Of a stretch of DNA of 64,000 bases, positions 18,639 through 30,400 are shown one piece after another. The stretch comes from Candidatus Marinacidobacterales bacterium (GTDB lineage: Bacteria; Acidobacteriota; Vicinamibacteria; Marinacidobacterales; SMYC01), in the NCBI GenBank assembly GCA_965224085.1, contig CBDCYI010000005.1, forward strand, positions 320,001 to 384,000, given 5' to 3'. Under the pieces are notes generated by a model. It saw only the letters and a list, made by a program, of their open reading frames with translations, was not told where the DNA came from and ran no database searches. The translations under genes were made by a program, and so were the position numbers. The stretch's first letter is position 1. Every line of letters starts with the position of its first letter.

Positions 18639-21600
18639 ATGAGTGGTGCAAGAGTATTTTTCTGCTGCTTGAACCTGGCTCTAGTGGTGGCGGTCGGCCT
18701 GCTATGCAGCCCGAACCGGGCTCAGGCACAGCTCGTTGATGAAACTATTCTCGACAACCTTTTGTTGCGCTCCATCGGCCCCGCCGTCATGGGCGGACGC
18801 ATCCATGACCTGGCCGTGGTGGAAGATCGTCCCTGGATCTTCTACATCGGTTCGGCTTCGGGAGGACTTTGGAAGACCACCAACAACGGAACCACCTGGG
18901 ATCCAGTCTTTGACGATCAGGGGACTTCCTCGATCGGCGACCTCGCTCTCGCGCCTTCCGATCCCGAGATTGTCTGGGTGGGTACTGGAGAGCCCAATAA
19001 CCGGCAAAGCTCGAGTTTCGGCGACGGGGTCTATAAGTCGACGGATGGCGGGAAGACCTGGAAGCACGTCGGCCTGCGCGACACCCATCACGTCGGACGC
19101 ATCGTGATCCATCCCCAGGATCCCGACACCGTTTACGTCGCCGCTCTGGGACACCTGTGGGGACCCAACGAGGAGCGGGGCCTTTTCAAGACGACTGACG
19201 GGGGAAACACCTGGGAAAAGATCTTATATATCGATGAAGACACCGGAGTCGTCAACGTAGCCATGGACCCGGTGAATCCCCGGATTCTCTACGCCGCCGC
19301 GTACCAGCGACGGAGGACACCCTGGGGATTCAGTGGAGGGGGGCCGGGAAGCGGCCTCTACAAGAGCTCCGACGGCGGGAAGACATGGAAGAAGTTGACC
19401 GAGGGCATTCCTGATGGCCCGACAGGCAGAATCGGTATCGATGTCTATCGCAGCGATCCCCGAATCCTCTATGCGCTGATAGAAAACCGTGAGGGAGGGG
19501 TTTTCCGATCGGAGGACCGGGGCGAAAGCTGGAAGAGGGTCAATGAGCTCAACCCCAGGCCCATGTACTACAGCCAGATATGGATTGATCCGAGCGACTC
19601 CCGGCACGTTTACGTGCTGGGCGGGCCCTTTTATGTTTCCGACGACGACGGGACGACGTTCGAGCAAAACACTGCCATGACGCCCACGTACGGTGTGGGA
19701 GTGCACGGCGACCACCATGTGCTGTGGATCGACCCCGCCAACGCCGAGCATCTTATCCTGGGGGGTGACGGCGGTCTCTACTTCTCCTGGGACAGGAGCC
19801 GCACCTGGGACAAGGTAAACAATTTGCCCATAGCCCAGTTCTACGCAGTGGGCGTCGACATGCAGAAGCCTTACTTCATCTACGGCGGCGCTCAAGATAC
19901 TCACTCCTGGGGAGGGCCGAGTGCTACCCGGCACCACATTGGAATCATTAACTCCGACTGGGTTCAAATTGGCTGTTGCGACGGCATGTACCAGCGGGTA
20001 GACCCCACCGATCCTAATATCATCTACACCGAGTCACAGGGAGGAGACATCGTTCGCCTCAACCGTAAGACCGGGGATCGGAAAGATATCAAACCGCACC
20101 CCGGGGACGGCGAGTCGGAGTATCGGTTTCACTGGACTTCCCCCATCCTCATTTCCCCTCATGACCCGAAGACCGTCTATCTGGGCGGAAATCGGCTCTT
20201 CATCTCGAAGGACCGGGGAGAAACTTGGACGGCCACGGAGGATTTAACCCGGGCAGAGGAACGAGACAAGCTTCCCATCATGGGGGTAGTTCCCGACGAG
20301 ACCACGCTCTCGCGGCATGACGGGGTGGCGGCCTGGGGTACCATCACCACTGTGGCCGAGTCTCCGCTGACTCCCGGCTTACTTTACGTGGGCACTGATG
20401 ATGGCATTGTCCATGTGTCGCGGGATGGGGGTCGAACCTGGACTAGCCTGCAGGATAGGTTCGCCGGCGTGAATGAAGAAAGAGCTACGGTGAGCCGCGT
20501 CGTAGCCTCGCATGCCGAGCCGGGTAGAGGCTACGTCACATTCGACCGTCACCAGCTGGATGACTTCTCCCCTTATGTCTTTACCACCGACAACTACGGG
20601 AACACCTGGAAGTCCATTGCCGGAAATCTGCCTCGGGTAGGTTGGGTTAATGTTCTCGCCGAGCATCCTCGAAACCCCAATCTTCTCTTCGTCGGTACGG
20701 AGACGGGGCTCTTCGTATCGCTGGATCGGGGCAACCGGTGGATTCGGCTTACAGGTAACTTCCCGACCGTCCCGGTAGATGATCTCGTGATTCATCCCCG
20801 GGACAACGACCTCGTGGTGGGCACTCACGGCCGTTCCATCTACATCCTGGACGACCTCGCGCCGCTCGAACAGCTGAGTGAAGAGGTGCTGGCTTCGGAG
20901 GTCCACTTGTTTGACATCCGCCCCGCCATGGAGTTCGTGCTCTGGAAGCATGAAAGCTACGGGGGCCAGCAGCAGTTCATCGGGGCCAACCCGCCTTTCG
21001 GCGCAATCATCTCTTACTACCTGAAGTCGGAACCAGCGGGAGACATCGAGCTTTCCATTGTCGACAGGAGCGGAAAGGCCCTTCGTGAGATCTCCGGGAC
21101 AAAGCATTCGGGGGTAAATCGGGTGAGCTGGGACCTACGCCTTGCTGGCCCGGAACGGGCATTCTGGTTGACGTCGCCTGCTCCTGAAGGCGTTGAACAG
21201 GCGGGTGGCCCCCTTGTCCCCCCGGGACGCTACACGGTTCGGCTTAAGTTAGGTGAAAAGGAGCTGGCCAAACCGCTCGAGGTGGAGGCTGACCCACTCT
21301 TTCCGGTCCCGGAAGAAGAGCAAGTTGCGCGCTACGAATTCCTCGTCACCGTGAACGGCTTACGCCAGACGATCCAGGAGGCCATCGATTCGACAGAGGC
21401 AATTTCAAAACAGGTCCAAAGCCTTCTCGAGGGCACGGAGGGCAACCCTGAGGCACCGGAGGCTGTGATTTCAGCGGCTCGAACCATTGCCGAGGAATCG
21501 GAAAAGATCCGGCGCGCACTTGCGGGCCCGCGGGGTGATGGTACAGGAGCGTTCTTCGACAGACAGAGCCTGCGCTCGCGAGCAAGTCGGCTCTTCACAA

Positions 21601-21836
21601 ACCTTGATGGTCGCGTCTTCACTCCCTTCGGGCGAAACGCTGTCCGTCAGGGTACGCTGAGTGGGCCGACGCTCGTTCAGCGGGAGCGGCTGGCGTCGCT
21701 CACCCGGCAGCTGGACGAGCAGCTGGAGTCCCTGAACCGGCTTAGCCAAACCACGGTTTCGGATCTAGACCGCCAGATGAACGAGGCAAACCTGCCCCAT
21801 ATCAAGGTGGGTGCACCGGTGCGCAGGCCGCGTTAG
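18639..21836 (+). CDS. Secreted VPS10/BNR beta-propeller protein, copy B
   Basis: Near-identical to copy A with clustered differences; same RBS context. Confidence 0.9.
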   Translation: MSGARVFFCCLNLALVVAVGLLCSPNRAQAQLVDETILDNLLLRSIGPAVMGGRIHDLAVVEDRPWIFYIGSASGGLWKTTNNGTTWDPVFDDQGTSSIGDLALAPSDPEIVWVGTGEPNNRQSSSFGDGVYKSTDGGKTWKHVGLRDTHHVGRIVIHPQDPDTVYVAALGHLWGPNEERGLFKTTDGGNTWEKILYIDEDTGVVNVAMDPVNPRILYAAAYQRRRTPWGFSGGGPGSGLYKSSDGGKTWKKLTEGIPDGPTGRIGIDVYRSDPRILYALIENREGGVFRSEDRGESWKRVNELNPRPMYYSQIWIDPSDSRHVYVLGGPFYVSDDDGTTFEQNTAMTPTYGVGVHGDHHVLWIDPANAEHLILGGDGGLYFSWDRSRTWDKVNNLPIAQFYAVGVDMQKPYFIYGGAQDTHSWGGPSATRHHIGIINSDWVQIGCCDGMYQRVDPTDPNIIYTESQGGDIVRLNRKTGDRKDIKPHPGDGESEYRFHWTSPILISPHDPKTVYLGGNRLFISKDRGETWTATEDLTRAEERDKLPIMGVVPDETTLSRHDGVAAWGTITTVAESPLTPGLLYVGTDDGIVHVSRDGGRTWTSLQDRFAGVNEERATVSRVVASHAEPGRGYVTFDRHQLDDFSPYVFTTDNYGNTWKSIAGNLPRVGWVNVLAEHPRNPNLLFVGTETGLFVSLDRGNRWIRLTGNFPTVPVDDLVIHPRDNDLVVGTHGRSIYILDDLAPLEQLSEEVLASEVHLFDIRPAMEFVLWKHESYGGQQQFIGANPPFGAIISYYLKSEPAGDIELSIVDRSGKALREISGTKHSGVNRVSWDLRLAGPERAFWLTSPAPEGVEQAGGPLVPPGRYTVRLKLGEKELAKPLEVEADPLFPVPEEEQVARYEFLVTVNGLRQTIQEAIDSTEAISKQVQSLLEGTEGNPEAPEAVISAARTIAEESEKIRRALAGPRGDGTGAFFDRQSLRSRASRLFTNLDGRVFTPFGRNAVRQGTLSGPTLVQRERLASLTRQLDEQLESLNRLSQTTVSDLDRQMNEANLPHIKVGAPVRRPR

Positions 21837-21971
21837 CTTCGCCATCGATCGGTAACATGCTCCGCGACGTCGCCGAAACCTTCGTGTACTTCCGCTGACA
21901 GCAAAGGGGCCAGCCTCACAAAAGGGCGTGGGTCGCCGGTTGCCGAGGCTGGCCCCAAAGGTCAAGGCCGT

Positions 21972-22186
21972 ATCGATGTCGGTGATGATCCGATTTGCCG
22001 GATTTCGGGGATAGACGGCGAAGTAGATCTTGCCGGCCACCTTCTCGTAGCCACCAGCCAAGCCGAACTCTCTTCCCGAAAGGACATCCGCGCGCGCGGT
22101 GACCTCCACCTTGACCACTTCCGAGTGAGCCGTGCCGGAAACCAGGCAAGACCACAGATAACCCACAGTCTGGTGTGTCGCAGCAT
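21972..22186 (-). pseudogene. 5' stub of a secreted alpha/beta-hydrolase-domain protein
   Basis: GGAGG RBS, signal MLRHTRLWVICGLA, frameshift, then EVVKVEVTARADVLSGREFGLAGGYEKVAGKIYFAVYPRNPANRIITDID; truncated. Confidence 0.7.
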
Positions 22187-22298
22187 GGTATCCTCCCAGG
22201 GAAACGGTTTCGTGCCCCGTCCACTTTCCCGGGCTCAGAATGTTTTCCAAAAAACGGCTTGACCAACATTAGAATCCTATCTTTTGAAGGAGGCTCTC

Positions 22299-24404
22299 AT
22301 GAAGAGGATGCGAGTTCGGCGAGGAAGGAGGCCGTTAATGCTCGAGTATAGGGTTGCCGTTTCTTCCGGCGCTTGCCTTGTCGTGGTGGGCTTGGCCCTT
22401 TCACTGTCCCCGCCGGTTCTGGGCCAAAATGAAACGGAAAGCTGGATCCCGGAGCTGGCTCTGAAAGTCAGACGGGTCAGTGACGTTCGCGTGTCGCCTG
22501 ACGGCCAACGGGTCGCTTTCGTGGTGGCACGGGCGGTGATGGAAGGGGAGACGAGCGAGTGGCTGTCGCATATCCATGTGGCGGTGGCGGACGGGTCCGA
22601 GTCTTTCCAGCTGACTCGAGGAGAAAAGTCGGCGACCTCGCAACGCTGGTCACCGAACGGAAAGTGGATTGCCTACCTCTCTTCCCGTGGTGGGAAGCCA
22701 AACCTGTGGCGAATCCGTGTGGATGGAGGGGAGGCCGAGCAGCTAACCGACGAAAAGGGGGGGATCGTCGGCTTTGCCTGGTCGCCGGACGGCTCGCAGA
22801 TCGCGTTTCAAATGCCCGAGCCGGAGAGCGAAGAAAAAGAAAAGGCAAAGAAGGAAAAGCGCGACGCCCGAGTTGTCGATGAAGACTTGAAGATGGTCGA
22901 CCTCTACGCCGTGCCGGTGGAGAAGGGGGCCGACGGCAAGCGGGTGGTGCGGAAGCTCACCCGCGGGGAGTTTAGCGTGGGCGGCCCCTTGGGCGCGCAT
23001 AACACCGGCCCACCGAGCTGGTCTCCCGACGGCAAGTCCATCGCCTTTGCACGTCAAACAACTCCCAAGGTGAACGACTGGCCTCAGGCGGACATCTCGG
23101 TGGTCGACCTAGGGTCTGGCGAGATCCGCACCCTCGTAGCGACCGAAGCGGCCGAAAACCGACCGGTGTTTTCTCCAGATGGGCAGTGGATCGCCTACGC
23201 CGCCAGCGACGTACCACCAACTTGGGGGCTTACTTCGCGGGTGCACGTCGTGCCAGCGTCAGGCGGAAACTCAAGAGCACTGGCCACAAGCCATGACCAA
23301 CGGGCCCGGATCGTCGGCTGGTCCGAGGACGGCGGGCGCATTCTCATCTCCGAGGTCCACCGGACCGTAGAACAAATGCGCGCACTTCCTCTCGACGGTG
23401 GGGCCCCGGTGGCTATCACTCCCGCCGATCTCATGGTCGGCGGCCCGGTCCTCAATGCGAAAGCTACCCACGTCGGCTTTGTCTCGCAGTCTTTCGATTC
23501 GGCACCCGAGGCTTTCGTGAGCCGCGTCGACCCCTTTGCTCCAAAACAAGTGAGCCAGGTGCAGGACTTGCCCGATCTACCCCTGGGCAAAACCGAGGTC
23601 ATCCAGTGGAAGTCGACGGACGGCAAATCCATTGAAGGGCTGCTCACCTATCCGGTCGGTTACGAGTCGGGTACGAGAGTGCCCTTGCTCGTTGTCGTAC
23701 ACGGAGGGCCGTCGGGCGTTTTCGTTCGACGTTTCATTGCCCAAGGCGGAGCCTCGCCAGCCTATCCCATTGCCACTTTCGCCGCGCGGGGATACGCGGT
23801 TTTACGCTGCAACGTAAGAGGCAGCAGTGGGTACGGCCGCGATTTCCGCTACGCCAACTACCAGGACTGGGGTGGCGGGGATTACCGCGACATCATGAGC
23901 GGAGTGGATCACGTGATTCAAATGAAGGTGGGCGATCCGGATCGGCTGGGCGTCATGGGCTGGAGCTACGGCGGCTTCATGACGTCCTGGATCATCACCC
24001 AGACGGACCGTTTTAAAGCCGCGTCGGTGGGGGCTGGTGTTACCAACCTCATGTCCTTTACCGGCACCACGGAGATCCCCGGATTCATCCCCGACTATTT
24101 TGGAGGGGAGTACTGGGATGTCTTCGAACGTTGGCGCTCTCATTCCGCGATGTTTAACGTCAAGGGGGCCTCGACGCCGACTCTGATTCAACACGGCGAG
24201 CGAGACGCCCGGGTCCCTATCTCGCAAGGGTACGAGCTCTATAACGCGCTGAAGCGGCAGGGTGTTCCGGTGAAAATGGTGGTTTATCCCCGCCAGCCAC
24301 ACGGCATTCGAGAGCCGAAGCTCCAGCTCGACGCGATGAAACGAAACCTGGAGTGGTTCGCGCGCTGGATCCCGGCGGGCACCCGCACCACGTCAGGACA
24401 ATGA
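22299..24404 (+). CDS. S9 family peptidase (acylaminoacyl/dipeptidyl peptidase-like)
   Basis: HGGP, GWSYGG nucleophile motif, HGERDARV, QPHG; PD40 propeller; AGGAGG RBS. Confidence 0.93.
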   Translation: MKRMRVRRGRRPLMLEYRVAVSSGACLVVVGLALSLSPPVLGQNETESWIPELALKVRRVSDVRVSPDGQRVAFVVARAVMEGETSEWLSHIHVAVADGSESFQLTRGEKSATSQRWSPNGKWIAYLSSRGGKPNLWRIRVDGGEAEQLTDEKGGIVGFAWSPDGSQIAFQMPEPESEEKEKAKKEKRDARVVDEDLKMVDLYAVPVEKGADGKRVVRKLTRGEFSVGGPLGAHNTGPPSWSPDGKSIAFARQTTPKVNDWPQADISVVDLGSGEIRTLVATEAAENRPVFSPDGQWIAYAASDVPPTWGLTSRVHVVPASGGNSRALATSHDQRARIVGWSEDGGRILISEVHRTVEQMRALPLDGGAPVAITPADLMVGGPVLNAKATHVGFVSQSFDSAPEAFVSRVDPFAPKQVSQVQDLPDLPLGKTEVIQWKSTDGKSIEGLLTYPVGYESGTRVPLLVVVHGGPSGVFVRRFIAQGGASPAYPIATFAARGYAVLRCNVRGSSGYGRDFRYANYQDWGGGDYRDIMSGVDHVIQMKVGDPDRLGVMGWSYGGFMTSWIITQTDRFKAASVGAGVTNLMSFTGTTEIPGFIPDYFGGEYWDVFERWRSHSAMFNVKGASTPTLIQHGERDARVPISQGYELYNALKRQGVPVKMVVYPRQPHGIREPKLQLDAMKRNLEWFARWIPAGTRTTSGQ

Positions 24405-24883
24405 GGCGGGGCCATAACTATTCTGACCGGCGCGAGGTGCTTTTGAAGACAAGATTTAAATCCGAGTAGTCTTCTGATAGCAAGCGCTTCGTTTCGGTGA
24501 AGGAAGATCTGCGCCGGCGGACCTCGAAGAGGTCAAGCTGGGTTGCCCGACAGAAGCGAGGAAAGTTCGACGGCCCAGAGGGCCGTTAGCGCCAGTTCTC
24601 GAGCCGTAGCCCTCGAAGGGAGGAAGATTTCGGTTCTGGGCCGCTATTAGCGAGCCGCTCGTCGCCGAAGCCACGACTTCCGTATGCCGGGCTCGGCAGT
24701 TCCACTTATGGGCCCAGAAGCGTAATCAATTGGACTCGCTCGTCGGCGCGATTTAGCGTTAACACCTGGTGTGGCGAAGGTGCCCAAAGAAAGAGCCACC
24801 CGCCCCCGAGGAGGGTGTCGCTAATCGGAGTCGCCGTCGCCATCGATCTGCGATTTCTTTCGCTCGTTAGGGTTAGGTGCCAC

Positions 24884-26998
24884 ATGATAACAATATCGAA
24901 TCACATGAGTCATGCCATCCTTCTGGCAGGCCTTTTGTCGGCTCCGCTTTGGGCACAGCCGGAGAAGCGCCCGATGACACTCGTCGATCTCCTGGAAGTT
25001 CCAAGTTTGCGCGACCCCCAGCTTTCTCCCGACGGCCGTCACTTGCTCTTCGTTCTGGCCGAGCCCGATTGGGAGATCAACGGGCGGGTGAGACATATCT
25101 GGCGTGCCGATCTGAAGGGCGGCGCTTCTACCCAGATGACGAACGGGTCCGGCGGTGAGTGGAGTCCGCGTTGGTCGCCCGACGGAAAGTCCGTCGCTTT
25201 TCTAGCGCAGCGCGGCCCATCCCAGTCCCCTCAGATCTACCTGATGAACCCTGGAGGGGGCGAGGCCCGGCAGCTAAGTAACCATGTGGCGGCACGTCCG
25301 GTCGAAGACGCTCACTTTCCGCCTCTGTCCGAAATCCACTGGTCGCCGGACGGTGACTGGATCTACTTCGCGGCCTTCGATCCTCCCTCGCGGGAAGAGG
25401 AGCAGCGAGAGAAGAGCAAAGATGACGTCTACGCCTTCAACGAGAACTACGAGCAGAGACATGTTTGGAAGATCTCACCTGCCGACGGTGTCGAACACCG
25501 CATCACCAAGGGGGATTTCTCGGTTCTCGGCTACGCCCTGGCTCGCAACGGAAAAAAGGTGACTCTCCATCGAGCGCCGAACCCCCTTTGGGATTACACC
25601 AATCGGGGCGAGGTTTGGGTGATGAACGCCGACGGAACCGAGCCTGTCCAGCTCACCCGCAACAACGTTCCCGAAGCTCCCAATTCTTCTGGAGGTTTCG
25701 GGGCGAGGCTTTCTCCTGACAACCGACGGGTTCTCTTCTTGACGAAGTCGAACGAGAAGTTCGAGTTCCAGTACAAGGCGAGTATCTTCGTGGTGCCGGC
25801 GAGCGGCGGCGCGGCTGAACTCCTGCTCCCCGACCTCCCCTATGAGGTGAAACAAGCGAGCTGGTCCATGGAGGGAGACGCGATCTATTTCGTGGCAAAC
25901 ATGGGGGTTCACAGCGAGCTGTTCCGGCTCGAGCTCTCAACGCAAAAGGTCCACCAGCTCACCGATGGAAAGCACAGGGTTCACACCTGGAACTACCAGC
26001 CATCGGCCGACCTCCACGTTTTTGCCATCGACCAGCCCGGGAATCCCGGAGACTTCTGGGTGCTTCCCGCCCTCGGGGCAGGAACTCCTACTCGGGTAAC
26101 GAAGCGCTTTGACTATCTGACACAGGACTTCGAGCTACCTCGCCAGGAGATGACCGCGTGGAAGGGTGTCGACGGAGTACGCATTGAGGGGATGCTTCAC
26201 TATCCGCTGAATTACGAGGCCGGAAAGCGATATCCCCTTGTCATGCAGCTCCATGGCGGCATGGGCAGCTCGAACCAGTACGGTTTCGGTGGATGGCGCG
26301 ATTTTATTGCGATGTTGGCGGCCCAGGGCTACGCGGTCCTGGAGCCAAACTATCGAGGCAGTGGTGGTTACGGTAGCGAGTTCGAGCGCGACATCATGGG
26401 GCACTTCTTCAACAACTCACATCTCGACGTCATGGCTGGCGCCGACCATGTGATCGAGATGGGCATCGCCGACAGCGATCGAATGGTGGTGAGGGGCTGG
26501 AGCAGTGGCGGGTACCTCACCAACAAAATCATCACCTTCACGGACCGTTTCAAGGCGGCTTCCTCCGGGGCGAGCGCCGTCAACTGGATCTCCTTTTACT
26601 CCCAGAGCGACCTTCGCTTTTTTCGCACCGCGTACTTCGGAGGCACCCCGTGGCAGAAGGATGCGCCCGCCGATTTCTACTGGGAGCAATCTCCCCTCAG
26701 CCAGATTGCGAATGTCACCACGCCGACGCTGGTTCTGGTAGGAGAGGAGGATGTGCGGGTGCCAGCTCCTCAGTCGGTCGAGCTGTATCGAGCGCTCAAG
26801 TCCAACGGCGTTCCGACGCGCCTTTACATGGCCCCTCGAGAAGGACACGGATGGAGAGAGCTGCGCCATCAACTGTTCAAGATGAACGCGGAGTTGGATT
26901 GGTTCGAGAAATACGCGATGGGCCGCGACTATACATGGGAAAGGGCGCCCGTCGAAACCAGGGATGACGAGAAAGGAAAGGGTTCCATAAAGCCCTAG
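24884..26998 (+). CDS. S9 family peptidase, copy a
   Basis: GWSSGG, VGEEDVRV, EGHG; near-identical to 31320-33434. The shared upstream region begins ~24657/31086. Confidence 0.93.
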   Translation: MITISNHMSHAILLAGLLSAPLWAQPEKRPMTLVDLLEVPSLRDPQLSPDGRHLLFVLAEPDWEINGRVRHIWRADLKGGASTQMTNGSGGEWSPRWSPDGKSVAFLAQRGPSQSPQIYLMNPGGGEARQLSNHVAARPVEDAHFPPLSEIHWSPDGDWIYFAAFDPPSREEEQREKSKDDVYAFNENYEQRHVWKISPADGVEHRITKGDFSVLGYALARNGKKVTLHRAPNPLWDYTNRGEVWVMNADGTEPVQLTRNNVPEAPNSSGGFGARLSPDNRRVLFLTKSNEKFEFQYKASIFVVPASGGAAELLLPDLPYEVKQASWSMEGDAIYFVANMGVHSELFRLELSTQKVHQLTDGKHRVHTWNYQPSADLHVFAIDQPGNPGDFWVLPALGAGTPTRVTKRFDYLTQDFELPRQEMTAWKGVDGVRIEGMLHYPLNYEAGKRYPLVMQLHGGMGSSNQYGFGGWRDFIAMLAAQGYAVLEPNYRGSGGYGSEFERDIMGHFFNNSHLDVMAGADHVIEMGIADSDRMVVRGWSSGGYLTNKIITFTDRFKAASSGASAVNWISFYSQSDLRFFRTAYFGGTPWQKDAPADFYWEQSPLSQIANVTTPTLVLVGEEDVRVPAPQSVELYRALKSNGVPTRLYMAPREGHGWRELRHQLFKMNAELDWFEKYAMGRDYTWERAPVETRDDEKGKGSIKP

Positions 26999-27019
26999 GC
27001 AGCAGAGAAAGGATTCGAA

Positions 27020-27069
27020 ATGAAAGCGAAGCTGGTCTGGAGCACTTTTCTTACGTCGATCTCCCTGGT
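27020..27069 (+). pseudogene. 50-bp 5' stub of the amidohydrolase gene at 34612
   Basis: GCAGCAGAGAAAGGATTCGAAATGAAAGCGAAGCTGGT...ATCTCCCTGGT nearly identical to 34590-34661. Confidence 0.9.
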
Positions 27070-27427
27070 ACGTCAAGTATGAGCCAAGGTGTTAAATGAT
27101 TCCGCGTGGGACTTATGGCTTGAAAACAATTATTGATTTGCCTCAGGCGAGCATCCAGATACACTGCCTGGCAGGCCTAATGTCACGGTGCGCGGCAGAT
27201 ATCTGGTGCCCCTTCGGCACGATCATCCTTTCGCGGCTCCTCGGCTCGCTGCTATGTTCAACTGGGAGTAACGCGGCCACCCCCGGAGTCGCTGCCGCAC
27301 ATTTCTGCGTAGTAGGTGGAGGAGGATGCGTCGCTGGCCGGAGCTGCCAGGTTCGTGCGACGCACCACCTAGCCGCTGTCTGATTGTCTGAACGTCACCT
27401 AAACGTCACTACCGAGAGGAGGGCGCC

Positions 27428-30400
27428 ATGAGAAGGTTTTCCACGGTCCGTGTGGTACTGGTATCAGCCTTGTGTCTGACGGTCACTGTCGTATGCGGTT
27501 GTTCGCCGGAGTCCGGCGGTGGCCGCTCGGGCGCCGCCCGTGCGGTCGACTATCCCAGCGTGGATGCGAGCTTCCTGACCGCGCTGGAGTGGCGTTCGCT
27601 CGGTCCGCACAGGGGGGGCCGGTCGATAGCGGTCGCAGGAGATCCACAGGATCCCCTCGTCTTCTACTTCGGGTCGACACATGGCGGGGTCTGGAAGACC
27701 ACTGATGCGGGCATCACCTGGCGGAACGTGTCCGACGGTTTCTTCAAGACGGCGCCCGTGGGGGCGATCGATGTGTCGCTGTCGAACTCCGCCGTTGTGT
27801 ACGTCGGCATGGGCGAATCGCTAATGCGACAGAACCTGACACCCGGTGACGGGGTCTACAAGTCGACCGACGGCGGACGGACGTGGACCCACGTAGGGCT
27901 CAAAGAAACCCGCCACATTGCGAAGGTCCAGATTCATCCTACGAATCCGAACATCGTATATGTGGCGGCGGCGGGCGATGTCTTCGGGACCAATCCCGAG
28001 CGGGGTGTCTATCGCACCAAGGACGGCGGCAAGACCTGGGAGCAGGTCCTGTACAAGAGCGAGCAGGCGAGCGCGCTCGACCTCTCGATGGATCCGACGA
28101 ATCCCAATGTGCTCTACGCGTCGCTCAATCAGTTGCAACGTCTTCCGTGGGACCAGATCAGCGGGGGGCCGGACAGCGGCCTCTACAAGACGACCGACGG
28201 CGGTGAGACCTGGACGGACATTACTCGCAATCCGGGCTTGCCGCAGGGGGTCGTCGGGAAGATCGGCGTCGCGGTCTCGCCGGCGCATCCGAGCCGCGTT
28301 TGGGCGATCATCGAGGCGGACGACGGCGCCTTGTTCCGCTCGGACGACAGCGGACAGACCTGGCGGCGGATCAACGAGAGACGCGATTTCCGACGCAACG
28401 CCCCGTCGTACATGCACGTGGTCGCCGACACACGAGACCCGGACACGGTGTATCTCCCCTCCTACCGGTTCTGGAAATCGACGGATGGCGGCGAGACCTT
28501 CAACCAGGTGCCGACGGCGCACGGCGATAACCACGCGCTCTGGATCGATCCGCGGAACCCGCAGCGGATGATCGAGGGGAACGATGGCGGCGCCACCGTG
28601 ACGCTGAACGGCGGCGCGACGTGGTCGACGATACACAATCAACCCACGGCCGAACTGTTCGGCCTCGCCATCGACGATCAGGTGCCCTACCGGCTCTACG
28701 CGGCCCAGAACGACAACTCGCACGTCTCAGTGCCGAGCCGGACCAACGGTGCTGCCATCCCCTTCGAGGCGATTCCTGGTGGCGAGGGCGGGCAGACGGC
28801 CGTCAAGCCCGACGGCAGCGTCGTGTACGCCGCCGACCGGACGGCCATTGCGCGCTACGACCGACGGACGGGACAGGCGCGGAACATCAGCGTTTGGCCG
28901 GACGACCAGTTCACGCTTCCGCCCAAGGACGTGAAGTACCGCTTCTTCTACAACTTCCCTATCCTGCTGTCGCCTCACGATCCGAACGTTCTATACACCG
29001 CCGGCAGCTACGTCTTTCGAACGACCGATGAGGGAGACTCGTGGGAGCCCATCAGTCCCGACATCACGACCAACCGGTTGGATAAGATGCAGACGCCCCG
29101 GGGCCGCCCCCTCACAACGTCGTCGTCCTCGCTGTACTGGGTCAGCGTGGCGCATGCCCTTGCGGAGTCACCGCTCGAACAAGGCGAGCTGTGGGTCGGC
29201 ACGGACGACAGCATGGTTCATATGACAAAAAACGGCGGGGAGACCTGGAACGACGTCTCGCCTGAGGACCTGCCCGAGTGGACACGGTTCAGCACCATCG
29301 AGGTGTCTCCGCACGATCGCGGCACAGCATATCTGGCGGCTAACCGCTACAAGGTCAGCGACCGGACTCCCTACCTCTACAAGACCACGGACTACGGTCG
29401 GACGTGGGAAAAGATCACGAACGGAATTCGCGACGAGGATTTCGTGAGGGTGATTCGCGAGGATCCGGTTCGTCCGGGACTGTTGTATGCCGGGACGGAT
29501 ACAGGCGTGTACGTGTCCTTCGACGCGGGTTCGTCCTGGCAGTCGCTTCAGCGCAACCTGCCTGCGGTTCCGGTCTACTACATGCTCGTCAAGAACAACG
29601 ATCTGGTCCTCGCGACGGCCGGCCGGGGCTTCTGGATCATGGACAACGTGACCGCTCTGCGTCAGATCAATCCGGAGGTCACAACCGCCTCGGCGCATCT
29701 GTTCGACGTCGCGCCCACCCATCGCTACCTACCCGTGCGAGCCCTGTCTCCGATGCGCCCGTTTCGTCCTGGCATCCAGTTCGCCCGCGACCGAAACGAT
29801 ATCGTCGTGTTCGAGGATCGGCGAGGTCCCGACGGCCGGGTGAAGCGGTTCTTCCTCAACGCGGGTGAGAACCCGCCAGGCGGCGTGATGATTGATTACT
29901 ACCTTAAGCAACCGCCGTCGGGCGACGTGACGCTCACGATCGTGGACGCGAAGGGCGAGGAGATTCGGCGATTCTCGAGTCAGGCGGAGGACAATCTGTG
30001 GATGCCGGCCGAGGCAGGGATGAGCCGGTTCGTCTGGGACATGCGCTACCCCAACGCACGCGAGCTACCCCCCGAGGGTGGGCTCGTGGGGGCGGAATAT
30101 CCGCGTGCACAGGCACCCACCGCGCTGCCGGGCCGCTACGTTGCACGGCTGTCGGTTCAGGGGCAGGAGTACGAACGGCCGTTCGAGATCCGCAAAGATC
30201 CGCGGGTCACCGCGACCGACGCGGATCTCGAGGCACAGTTTGAGCTCATGATGCAGATACGAGACCGCCTGACGGAAGTAACCGACGCGGTGGAACAGCT
30301 CCGCGAGGCGCTCGGCCAATTGGAAGAACGGGAGGGCGCCGCCAGTGGTGATACAGCGGTGGCTACGGCCAAGGACAAGCTCCGCGCGATCGAGGGCGCT

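Noticed and set aside
24757-24884. Integron attC/cassette start (GTTAGGT just before the S9 ATG; GTTAGGC at 11042)
   Set aside because: No proper RYYYAAC inverse core, weak pairing, no integrase, not repeated at other genes.
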